A stretch of DNA of 44,001 bases from a virus (taxonomy: Duplodnaviria > Caudoviricetes). The stretch's first letter is position 1. Every line of letters begins with the position of its first letter. The notes beneath the pieces are model-generated. The model was not told the DNA's origin, did not search any database, and was given only the letters and a program-made list of their open reading frames with translations. The DNA lies in IMG/VR virus record IMGVR_UViG_3300020045_006091, positions 1-44,001 of that record; one strand, given 5' to 3'. Below are positions 35,734 through 44,001 of the stretch, in pieces. A program made the position numbers and the translations under genes.

Positions 35734-36816
35734 TTATGCTACTAATGTAGCTTTAATTGAAATAAATGCTTTTGGTACATTCATTGTTGGTAATGGTGAA
35801 CTTCTATAATATCTCTTCACACCTGCTGGGTCTTTTTTAATCTCTGCATCAATCCATTCTTTTCCAACATATAAAGACAGTTCCGAACCTAATTCAGTTC
35901 CACTTGCTACGGGAATAGCTCCGTATTGCACTTGTGCGTTTTTAGGGTCGCCCATGCTAAAGCCTACTGCAAAGTTTTTATCTAAGAAGTAATTTGTACC
36001 ACTGTACATTTCTAGTTCAACATAGATGTCTAGTGCCACACCTGAATCACCTGTTGTTTGACCAAGATACTTCATAAACTTTGTTGATTTAGATGCTCTT
36101 TCTTCTTTTGTAGCAGGAATAAAGTTTGCTCTTTTGCCTGTTGTGGTATCGTCTGTTGTTCTTACATGTGGATTTGCTCCCCATGCTTTTCTTGCCTCAA
36201 AACCTAATACATAGGTATTGACTGCATATTGACCCATCTCTAAAGCTTCTCTTTCGAGTTGCTCTACTGGGAATGAGTTTGTTGTATCGTTCCATTGATA
36301 TTGACCTGCTGTTGCATTGTCGTTTACAATTTTGTTTGTCATGCCATAGTCAATTTCATCTACTGGCATACCTGCTTTAGAAACTGTAATCTTTCCAGTT
36401 GTCAAAACATCATACATTGATTTCTTTTGAAGTCTTTGATCTCTTTTTCTTAAAAGTCCAAATTTTTCCATATCGTCTTCAATGATTGCTCTTTCTGTTT
36501 CTGAAACGCCACCGTAATCATTACCTTCTACCGTTTGACCAATTCGTTTTTTCCCTAAGTTGATAACTGCATCCGTGGTTGATTCATTAACTTGCATTGG
36601 ATTGACTGTGACTGTCTTATACCCATCTTTAGGTACAATATTTGAAGCATCCGCAAAATCACCTTTTAAAGCGATTCCATCCGAACCCTCATAAAAGTCA
36701 AATGTAATTTGTTGTGCATTGTGTGTAAATTCTGTTTGGAATGCCATTTTACCAATCGACATATCTACTGTTTGTAAAATAGCTATTGCTGCTATCGTGC
36801 TAGTTCTTACTGACAT
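35734..36816 (-). CDS. Major capsid protein, lambda gpE-like
   Basis: 360 aa after the decoration gene; IDYG and C-terminal DP......SSPLP. Confidence 0.88.
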   Translation of the reverse strand: MSVRTSTIAAIAILQTVDMSIGKMAFQTEFTHNAQQITFDFYEGSDGIALKGDFADASNIVPKDGYKTVTVNPMQVNESTTDAVINLGKKRIGQTVEGNDYGGVSETERAIIEDDMEKFGLLRKRDQRLQKKSMYDVLTTGKITVSKAGMPVDEIDYGMTNKIVNDNATAGQYQWNDTTNSFPVEQLEREALEMGQYAVNTYVLGFEARKAWGANPHVRTTDDTTTGKRANFIPATKEERASKSTKFMKYLGQTTGDSGVALDIYVELEMYSGTNYFLDKNFAVGFSMGDPKNAQVQYGAIPVASGTELGSELSLYVGKEWIDAEIKKDPAGVKRYYRSSPLPTMNVPKAFISIKATLVA

Positions 36817-36825
36817 ATTTTCTCC

Positions 36826-37428
36826 TTAGTCCATTAAGTGAATGTCTTTGAAATCAAGAGCATCTTTGACTTCCGCCAAAGTTCCTGTTCCAAAATCTAC
36901 TTCACTTGCTTTAAGATCCGCTTCTCTATAAGCACGACCCACCACTGCTCCGCCACTTGCATCTACTGCGTCATACATAACTGTGTATGGTTCTTTGCCT
37001 GTTAAAAAAGAGCTTACTGTTGGGGCTGCATTTCTTGTTACTGGGAATGTAATTGTATCTCCTACAATAAAATCCGTTGAACCATCTGCAATAGTAAATC
37101 CTATTTGACCTGAATATGCTACTGCCACTGTTGCATCTGCTAATCTTGCCCCTTTTGGGTCATAAACTGCAAATATTCCTGCGTTTGTTTGCGCTGTAAC
37201 ACAAATAGCAGTATATGTTCCAATACTTGCATTATCCGTAACGGTTGGTGTTCCAACTGTGCCATTACCTGTTCCTGTTACAACTGCTGCACCGATTGAA
37301 AATAGACCTACTTTATAGACTACTTCTCCTCTTGCTAAAGTTTGACCAGATGTAACGGTTACTTGCTTGAGTGACTCTACTTTCACATCAAGATTGTCTG
37401 TTGTTTCTGTAACTGTTGTCATTGACAT
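36826..37428 (-). CDS. Head decoration protein (gpD-like) with inserted beta domain
   Basis: SGQTLARGEVV..VDAS; insert GTGNG..FTIADGSTDFIVGD. Confidence 0.8.
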   Translation of the reverse strand: MSMTTVTETTDNLDVKVESLKQVTVTSGQTLARGEVVYKVGLFSIGAAVVTGTGNGTVGTPTVTDNASIGTYTAICVTAQTNAGIFAVYDPKGARLADATVAVAYSGQIGFTIADGSTDFIVGDTITFPVTRNAAPTVSSFLTGKEPYTVMYDAVDASGGAVVGRAYREADLKASEVDFGTGTLAEVKDALDFKDIHLMD

Positions 37429-37437
37429 TGTTTCTCC

Positions 37438-38739
37438 TTATATGCTTTGTTTTTTAGCTAGATTTAAAGCAAATTCTAACTCTTGTTTTTCTTTTGAAGC
37501 TTTATTGTTTTGCTCATCCTGCATTGTTCTTCCGTTTGATTCTTTTGCCGCTAGTGCTAATTTACTTGCACTTTCTGCTGAATCTGCACTTACCATAGCT
37601 AAAGCTACTTCTGCCGATACGCCTATGGCGATTGCTTCTTGCAATCTTGTAGTGGTTTCTGCTTTGAAACTTTCCAATTTGCTTTCTGCCTCAGATACCT
37701 TAACACTCGCGCTAGTCTCTAGTGCTAAAACCTCTTCTGTTTTAGCAGCCAAGTTAGCCTCTGCTGTTTCTAGTTTTAACGCTAAAGAATCGTTTGTGCG
37801 CTTTAGTGTTTCTCTGTTTCCAACCAAAGCATTATAACGCTCTTCTGTTGCATTAAGATTTTCTCTATCAAACATGCTTTCCCCTCCTATTGTATTTTTT
37901 TTGCTGTTATCGTTTGAGACAGTTGGATTTGCTTCCATTTTTAATTCTGCTTTTAAATTTACATTTAATGATTTTAGTAGTGCATCAAATGTTGTTACCC
38001 CTTGCAAAAAGCCTTTTTCATGTGCTTCTTTTGCAAATATCATACCCCCATTTTTAAATGTTGTTTGTATCTTTTCTGCTGTAAAACCAGTATTTTTAAT
38101 AACTCTATCGTAAAACATTTCTTCATATGTATCTATCATTGCTTGTATTTCTTCTTTGCATGTACCGTTGAGGCTACATCTTTTATTCGAAGCATTTTTT
38201 GATACTATTTCTATTCTTTTTCCCTCTTCTTCTTTTTCGACATAAGAAACTACTACGCCTATACTTCCGAGCATTGTTGATTCTGTCGCGTATAGTTCTT
38301 TTGATGCGGTAAAGATATAAATTCCTCCGCTTGCTCCTAGGTTTTCATATAAAGTAATTGTTTTCTTTTTTGAGTTATAAATTTTTGCTTCTACCTCATC
38401 TGCTCCCGCTACTGCTCCCCCTGGAGTATCAACTCTGAATAATATTGTTTTTATTTCTGAATCATTTTCTGCTTTATCAATATATCTTACCATTGTGTCA
38501 TAAGATGCTACGGATGAACACATCCCACCAATGTCTTTTTTATACATTCCCCCATCTATGGAAATTATCGCTATGTCTCTAATTTTTTGGTAAACCACGG
38601 ACTCGTTTGCTACGATTGGTGTTATTACTTCTGCTCTTGGAGTTTCGCTATTTACCATTTCTAGTAATGAATCCATTGCTGGTGCGTGTAGCATAAATGG
38701 TACTTTTTTCATACGGCTTCTTAAAATTGCATTTCTCAT
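37438..38739 (-). CDS. S49-family prohead protease fused to scaffold
   Basis: VDTPGG, ASGG, GSIGV; coiled-coil C-terminus with internal RBS-ATG (MFDREN). Confidence 0.92.
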   Translation of the reverse strand: MRNAILRSRMKKVPFMLHAPAMDSLLEMVNSETPRAEVITPIVANESVVYQKIRDIAIISIDGGMYKKDIGGMCSSVASYDTMVRYIDKAENDSEIKTILFRVDTPGGAVAGADEVEAKIYNSKKKTITLYENLGASGGIYIFTASKELYATESTMLGSIGVVVSYVEKEEEGKRIEIVSKNASNKRCSLNGTCKEEIQAMIDTYEEMFYDRVIKNTGFTAEKIQTTFKNGGMIFAKEAHEKGFLQGVTTFDALLKSLNVNLKAELKMEANPTVSNDNSKKNTIGGESMFDRENLNATEERYNALVGNRETLKRTNDSLALKLETAEANLAAKTEEVLALETSASVKVSEAESKLESFKAETTTRLQEAIAIGVSAEVALAMVSADSAESASKLALAAKESNGRTMQDEQNNKASKEKQELEFALNLAKKQSI

Positions 38740-40310
38740 TAAAGTTCCTTCATTGTGTTTTCTAAAAATGCTTGTGTCGTATTGTTTTGCACTTTTGCTT
38801 CTGTCGGCATTTCAATACCCTCTTTTTTATACATTTCTTGTCTTGCTTTTTCTAGTTTTACTTCATAGGTTATATCTAGTAAGTCTTGTTGGTATGACTC
38901 TTCTTTAAATACTTCGTACTTTTGACCCGTTGCCTCTTCTACAATTCTTCCTTTTGTCTTTAGCCCTAACTCAATGTTTGTTTTATTTGCCAATGCGTTT
39001 TTTGCTGGTTCAATGTCTATTTTATTTTGTCTTAAATATCTAAATTTGTTAAATTGGTTTGGGTTCTTCCAATATGCCACTCGCTCGGTTATTCTCCCTG
39101 TCTGTACCCCAACTTGAATAGCTCTTGCAAATATACCAAAGAATATTTTTTTACTTATACTGTTAAATCTTTTATCTGCTGTCATTTGGTCTGTTTCTAG
39201 CGTGGCTTTTATTGCCGAATAATTTGCATCAGATGCCTTACTGTAAACCCCTATGTCCGATAATCCCTGAGATGCCGCAATCTTCATCTCTGAGTTTTCA
39301 TTCATATCTTTATATGCGCTATCTCTTTTTGAAGTATTCCATTGGATTTTATCGCCTAAAGGTATTGGAGTTAGCCCTTTGGCTTTTATTCCTAAATTTG
39401 ACATATCTTTTAAAATTGGAGTTACTAAATCTTTTACTGTACCTATTCTTTGTAAAGCGTTACCTGATGTTGATTGAGCCGATATAATATCTCCTACTAC
39501 TTTCATAAGCTCTGCATATACTGAACTTTCTATGTAGTTTCCTGCTTTTGCTTCTTCTATTGCTGCTTCTAGCTCTGCTACACCATACTGTGTCGTCATG
39601 TCTAATCTTGAAAGAATAGAAGTAAGCTTTGATACTGCTGTTTGTTGATCTATGTTTATCCATACTTCATGGTAGTATGTTATGTTTGAATATGGCACTA
39701 ATTCTGATTTTGTTTTTAATTCATTCGTGTATAGCCATAACCCTGTTATTTTTCCATTTTTATCTCTTACTATCCCGTTTCTTGTTGTTTCTGTTTTTTC
39801 CCCGTCTATTAAAAAAGGTGTTGATTTCATAACATCTATCATATCTACACCAACTACTTCAAACTTATATGGTATTCTCCATGAGTTGCTAAAGTGATGT
39901 CTTATGATAATTCCGCCATTTTTTTGGATAAATCTATCCATAATATCTACTGATTGGTCAAAATTGTGCGCTCCTGAAAGTTCACATACTGACATTTCTT
40001 CGCCATTTATAAATTCAAAGTTTGTAAATTCTTCTAAATATTCTTCTGCTTCATTGTTGAATTTGCTATTTTTTGATTCTACTTGAATGTTTATTGTAAC
40101 ACCCATTGTTTTTGTAGTCATTGCCGTGGTGATTGCTTCTATGTCTGGCTCGTTTACGCTTAGCCATTTTATCTGCTCTCTTGAAGTTCTTGCAAAAGAT
40201 GGGTAAGAAATATCTATATTACTATCTGAGCGTGGTTTCCCTGCTGTGATAGTTTTTGCACCCTCTGCAAACGACCCACTCCCAAACATAAGATTTCCTA
40301 ACCCTTGCAT
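38739..40310 (-). CDS. Portal protein, lambda gpB-like
   Basis: 523 aa; NGI..D.NG, ANYSA, IDIEP.K; synteny. Confidence 0.88.
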   Translation of the reverse strand: MQGLGNLMFGSGSFAEGAKTITAGKPRSDSNIDISYPSFARTSREQIKWLSVNEPDIEAITTAMTTKTMGVTINIQVESKNSKFNNEAEEYLEEFTNFEFINGEEMSVCELSGAHNFDQSVDIMDRFIQKNGGIIIRHHFSNSWRIPYKFEVVGVDMIDVMKSTPFLIDGEKTETTRNGIVRDKNGKITGLWLYTNELKTKSELVPYSNITYYHEVWINIDQQTAVSKLTSILSRLDMTTQYGVAELEAAIEEAKAGNYIESSVYAELMKVVGDIISAQSTSGNALQRIGTVKDLVTPILKDMSNLGIKAKGLTPIPLGDKIQWNTSKRDSAYKDMNENSEMKIAASQGLSDIGVYSKASDANYSAIKATLETDQMTADKRFNSISKKIFFGIFARAIQVGVQTGRITERVAYWKNPNQFNKFRYLRQNKIDIEPAKNALANKTNIELGLKTKGRIVEEATGQKYEVFKEESYQQDLLDITYEVKLEKARQEMYKKEGIEMPTEAKVQNNTTQAFLENTMKEL

Positions 40311-40311
40311 T

Positions 40312-40533
40312 TTAATACCTGTCTTTATAGTTATATAAAATTTCTAGTTTTGCTTCCAAAATGTTTTCTCTTTTGTATAGCTTGTCTATATCTGTAAATA
40401 TAGTCCTATGGCTTGAACCTTGCCCGCCCTCTTCCATTTCACGCAGTGCTTCTTGATTTGATATTTTTACTCTTAATGCTGATAGCTCTTCTTCCAATCT
40501 AGTGATGTCCTCATCTATTGTGGTTCTTGCCAT
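40312..40533 (-). CDS. gpW-like head-tail joining protein
   Basis: 73 aa between terminase and portal. Confidence 0.7.
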   Translation of the reverse strand: MARTTIDEDITRLEEELSALRVKISNQEALREMEEGGQGSSHRTIFTDIDKLYKRENILEAKLEILYNYKDRY

Positions 40534-40588
40534 TGCTTATCCTAAAATCAAGTCTTTTCAAAATTATATCGTAATTTAATAATTTTTG

Positions 40589-42586
40589 TTATCCCATGCT
40601 TAAATTTCCTATTCCTTTAAGTGCATTTATGGTTTCGTCTAGTGTTCCTGCTTGTTTTTTCATTAAAACTAATTTATCTTTTTCTGCTAGTGCTAGTGCC
40701 ATTGAAGTTGTATCTATGGCATCGTTTCTTTTTCTTATTGGTATCCAACTTAAAGTATCTGCTAGTTTTCCTGTTTTTTTGTTTTTTAAATATCCAAGTT
40801 GTTCTGCTGTAAGCATTTTTGTCAAGGAGTCATTCTGAGTGTACTCCATATCTCTTTCTATGTGAGTTTGGTTTATGTAAAAAAGTTTTCCTACATAGTT
40901 AAACCCCTCGTCTTGATCTGATTGAGCTTTTGCTTTTAATATGGTTCTGTCTATGCTTCTAAAAAGTTGGTTTTTGATATACAAGTTTGAGAATTTTATG
41001 ATTTTTACTTTTAGCTCTTGCCTTTGGTTTGAGTAATCTTTATGATTTACTATTGAGAAACTTTTACCCCCAGCCAACTCTGCGTGCCCCTCCATGCCGT
41101 ATATTCTATCTTCTCCCCACTTTTGTGTCATGTGGTGGACAAATATATCTGCTTCGTCTGTTCTACTTATCTGCCCCTCATTGTAACCTCTTCTATCAAC
41201 ACCCATAGCCGATACCATTATGTCTTCACCATCTTCGCCTGTAAGGTATTGGCAAAATTCCCACATCTCTTCCGCTGCTATCCAGCTTTCAATTCTTCCA
41301 AAAAAAACTATGTGAGGAACTAAGCCGTAACTTATGGCTGTAACTTGGGCATACAAGTGATCCATTTGATTATCTATGGTTAGATAGACTTTTATAGTAT
41401 CTTTTGGTGTAACCCATTCTTTCACTCCGTTCCCCAATAAGAACATGTCGTTTTGCTCATGCTCTTTAATATCTCTTTCATAAAACCTATTAAACCACCC
41501 TCGGTATAACTTGTCAAGTTTTATCTCATCGTCACCTGCTTTTATGATGTTTTCTACCAAGTCTTCGAAAGTTACAAAATAACTTCCAAAAGAGTTCATA
41601 TCTGCACCAAAAGATGTTTCTGTGGTTAAGTTTTCAAGATAAAATCTTTCATAAGTTCCATTTTCGTGTACTATAAACCAGTCCATGTAGTCTTGAAAAA
41701 TCATTCTATCTTTTTCAACTGTGTTTATTTTGTGTTTGCAGTGAGGACATTCCATGTGAACTGTTGCTTTTGCTACATCAATATACTTGTTTAAAACTAT
41801 GTCTTGCTCTTCAATTCCTTTTTCTTTTAGATATTCTTCTTTGCTTTTAAATTTAAAATACTTTATGTCTGGGTAAAAGCTTTCTTTACACTCCATACAG
41901 ATGTAGTGCCATTCTATTTTCACACTACAAGCGTTAAAGTTAGTGCATATCTCATCGTTTGGGTGAACTATGGTTGAAAGACCTATAATTTTTGGGTGAA
42001 ACTTAGTAAATGACTTTCCACGCTCTTTGAACTCAAATACCGCACCCTCTCCGAACTCTGCTGTTTCATCAAGAACTATAAAAGGTGAGGTTTGCGACTT
42101 ACGATCTTTTACTCCTGAGCCTTTTACCAAAAAGTTACCACCTGCTAGTTTCTTTGCTGCGTCTTTGGTTCGTATCTTTTCAGCATCTTTATAGTCTTCA
42201 AACTTTTTCCAAAGTCTGGGTATGCTTTTAAGTACGGGGTTAATTTTAGTCTGCAAGATAACCGAAATATCATCCTTGAGAGGCTGGGCGTAAATAACTG
42301 TTGCAGGTAGAGTGTCAAGCTTGTGTGCTGCAACTAAAACACCAAAAAGTGATTTGCTTGACTGTGAAGCCCACTTGGCGAAAAGTTCTCTAGTGAGCGT
42401 TCTATCTATAAGTCTAAACAGTTTTCTTACATGTGGAGAATACTTTGTTTGATAAGCCCCAAGGATAGGTGAAACTTCTAGGTCAGTAAAGACTACTTCT
42501 TGTTCAGCCCACTCAAGTATGCCTCGTATAGGCTCTCTCTTATACGCATCTAATAGTCTTTTTCCTATGTGCCTAAATAGTGCCAT
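40589..42586 (-). CDS. Terminase large subunit, lambda gpA-like
   Basis: EWAE, deviant Walker A ASQSSKS, VLDE Walker B, CxxC pairs, TIDNQ nuclease motif, RNDAID. Confidence 0.92.
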   Translation of the reverse strand: MALFRHIGKRLLDAYKREPIRGILEWAEQEVVFTDLEVSPILGAYQTKYSPHVRKLFRLIDRTLTRELFAKWASQSSKSLFGVLVAAHKLDTLPATVIYAQPLKDDISVILQTKINPVLKSIPRLWKKFEDYKDAEKIRTKDAAKKLAGGNFLVKGSGVKDRKSQTSPFIVLDETAEFGEGAVFEFKERGKSFTKFHPKIIGLSTIVHPNDEICTNFNACSVKIEWHYICMECKESFYPDIKYFKFKSKEEYLKEKGIEEQDIVLNKYIDVAKATVHMECPHCKHKINTVEKDRMIFQDYMDWFIVHENGTYERFYLENLTTETSFGADMNSFGSYFVTFEDLVENIIKAGDDEIKLDKLYRGWFNRFYERDIKEHEQNDMFLLGNGVKEWVTPKDTIKVYLTIDNQMDHLYAQVTAISYGLVPHIVFFGRIESWIAAEEMWEFCQYLTGEDGEDIMVSAMGVDRRGYNEGQISRTDEADIFVHHMTQKWGEDRIYGMEGHAELAGGKSFSIVNHKDYSNQRQELKVKIIKFSNLYIKNQLFRSIDRTILKAKAQSDQDEGFNYVGKLFYINQTHIERDMEYTQNDSLTKMLTAEQLGYLKNKKTGKLADTLSWIPIRKRNDAIDTTSMALALAEKDKLVLMKKQAGTLDETINALKGIGNLSMG

Positions 42587-42587
42587 G

Positions 42588-42830
42588 CTAATCTTTTATT
42601 TTTATAAATCTACTATCTTTTTTAAGCGTATATCCTCTTAGTGCCATTTGATATAAAAATACATCCACTGTATTAATATGCATTTGCACCCAATTTATTT
42701 TATCGGGCAATGGAATATCTAAGTTTTTATAATCTGTTTTATAGTATATATCTTTGAATAAATCTTTCTGATTATGAAAGTCTCTATATTGTTTTGGCAA
42801 AAATCTATAGTTTCCATTTTTATCCATCAT
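42588..42830 (-). CDS. Hypothetical phage protein inserted between the terminase subunits
   Basis: 80 aa; RDFHNQKDLFK..MALRGYTLKK. Confidence 0.7.
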   Translation of the reverse strand: MMDKNGNYRFLPKQYRDFHNQKDLFKDIYYKTDYKNLDIPLPDKINWVQMHINTVDVFLYQMALRGYTLKKDSRFIKIKD

Positions 42831-43591
42831 ATCAAACTCCCTTTTATTCTTTTTATTAAACTCTCAGGCTCAGTGCCACCATGTAACTGCTTTAATATCA
42901 CCTCAACAATATCATATAGCGTTTCACTTGATTTAAATTCTTTACTAACAAGTTTATCTAACATTTCTAGTCTTTTTTTGTTGTGTTCTTGCAAAATCTT
43001 TTTTATCTCGCCTGAGTTTTTGTTTTCAAGAAGCACTGGTAAAAGGTTTTCGTCTTGTATCTTGTCTGTCTTGTGTACTATCGCTAGTTCACTCATGGAT
43101 CTATCTAGGTCATTTGCATCTACCACTAAGCCCTCTGCTGTGTCAAGCTTCAACTTGCTAAGTTTTACCTCAAGCTCTGCTTTATCCGCATCTGCTGTTA
43201 GTTTTCTTGCCATATCTGACTTGGCAGATACTTCTGTAAAATCATTTGGCTCTTGACTATGTTCAACTTTTTCTGTTTTTGCTGAAAATACTTTGTCTAT
43301 GTTCCCATCTCTCCACCTTTCGGCACTTTTTAGTGCAAAAATTTGAAACCTTGGGCTTGATGCTTCATGTAGTGGCATACCGTCTTTTACATTTCTTTGG
43401 ATGGTTTTATCTGTTCTATTCCAAAGCTTTTGTAATTCTTGCCTTGATACTACTTCTTCATCGCCTATAAATCTTTTTAGAGTAAATTTTACTCCTGCCT
43501 CTTCTAGCTTTTCCCATTTTGGTAATTCTGCTTCATCTTCTTTGTTTTTAGCCAATGCCATGTAATTCTCTATACTTTTTAGCATCTTCAA
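42827..43591 (-). CDS. Terminase small subunit, Nu1-like
   Basis: wHTH VSRQELQKLWNRTDKTIQRNVKDGMP followed by coiled coil ..EGLVV. Confidence 0.8.
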   Translation of the reverse strand: MKMLKSIENYMALAKNKEDEAELPKWEKLEEAGVKFTLKRFIGDEEVVSRQELQKLWNRTDKTIQRNVKDGMPLHEASSPRFQIFALKSAERWRDGNIDKVFSAKTEKVEHSQEPNDFTEVSAKSDMARKLTADADKAELEVKLSKLKLDTAEGLVVDANDLDRSMSELAIVHKTDKIQDENLLPVLLENKNSGEIKKILQEHNKKRLEMLDKLVSKEFKSSETLYDIVEVILKQLHGGTEPESLIKRIKGSLI

Positions 43592-43787
43592 GTGCTATTT
43601 CTAATTCTTGTGTGGTAATATCTTTCTCCATACACATACTTCCAAGTGACAAAGCTCTCAACATTCCGCTTTTATCTTTTTTCTTATTGTCAATATATGT
43701 CAGTTTTATATTTTTATGACTAAGCCCAGTGTGGACATGGATGCGCTCTATATTTTCCTTGTTATCTAGGTTTATTTCTTCAATCAT
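43548..43787 (-). CDS. Small protein (MIEEINLDN...), possibly DNA-binding
   Basis: ORF upstream of terS; ATG at 43787 preceded by GGAGG. Confidence 0.6.
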   Translation of the reverse strand: MIEEINLDNKENIERIHVHTGLSHKNIKLTYIDNKKKDKSGMLRALSLGSMCMEKDITTQELEIALEDAKKYRELHGIG

Positions 43788-44001
43788 TTTCTTTTTTGTC
43801 CTCCATTGTCCACTTAATTTTTCTAGCATATTTCTTCAATATTGAATATTATTTATATTGTAGCGTATTTTTTATGAAAAGAAATATACTTCTTTTTGTG
43901 TTTTTACTTAATTTTTTTAATGGACACGGACAAAAAAGAAAATGATTGAAGAAATAAACCTAGATAACAAGGAAAATATAGAGAGCATCCATATCCACAC
44001 T
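43728..44001. repeat. Inverted repeat, arms 43728-43801 and 43928-44001 (72/74 identical), truncated by the window end
   Basis: Direct reverse-complement comparison. Confidence 0.95.
43942..44001 (+). CDS. 5' part of a divergent paralogue (MIEEINLDNKENIESIHIHT...)
   Basis: Open to the window end; 18/20 aa identical to the 43787 gene. Confidence 0.5.
   Translation, partial: MIEEINLDNKENIESIHIHT

Larger units (their letters stand above)
1..44001. mobile_element. Lambda-like siphophage genome/prophage segment, probable Campylobacterota host
   Basis: Terminase-portal-S49-decoration-capsid-tail-TMP-lysis synteny plus NinG/YopX/Rha/SSB early genes; no host housekeeping genes seen. Confidence 0.95.

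Noticed and set aside
18792-43470. Numerous plus-strand ORFs in the late region (e.g. 21882-22403, 27722-28399, 28562-29110, 37367-37837)
   Set aside because: Antisense shadows of long minus-strand structural genes, with no independent motifs
43728-44001. DGR template/variable repeat pair (both mismatches are A in the right copy)
   Set aside because: Only two mismatches, located at a gene 5' end, and no reverse transcriptase in the window
1-44001. Stop-codon reassignment
   Set aside because: Large genes are intact in code 11 and TAA, TAG and TGA all end genes at sensible junctions; the breaks are frameshifts or deletions

Overview
The window is almost entirely one AT-rich tailed-phage genome, or a large part of one: a lambda-like siphophage, probably of a Campylobacterota host (inferred from the SSB sequence, TGnTATAAT promoters and AAGGA ribosome-binding sites). 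1-1.9 kb holds small plus-strand genes separated by a repeated motif. 2-8.7 kb is a leftward accessory operon (frameshifted dUTPase, YopX, DUF1351, a 22-aa repeat protein). 8.8-17.8 kb is a rightward recombination/replication operon (NinG, exonuclease plus putative annealing protein, SSB, adenine methyltransferase, clamp-like protein, Rha, ASCH, two collapsed gene remnants, HUH Rep). 17.9-43.8 kb is a leftward late module running from terminase through head, tail and tape measure to receptor-binding and lysis genes. I recognised no integrase, CI repressor, tRNA, CRISPR array or reverse transcriptase. The most notable non-standard signals are a stem-loop/pseudoknot RNA before rha, an HUH Rep with a candidate antisense RNA and non-canonical start, a 4-copy bipartite intergenic motif, a recurrent TTACATGTAA palindrome, a sensor-like membrane protein in the lysis cassette, and an inverted gene duplication at the right edge. 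All family assignments come from motif recognition by eye, not from database searches.
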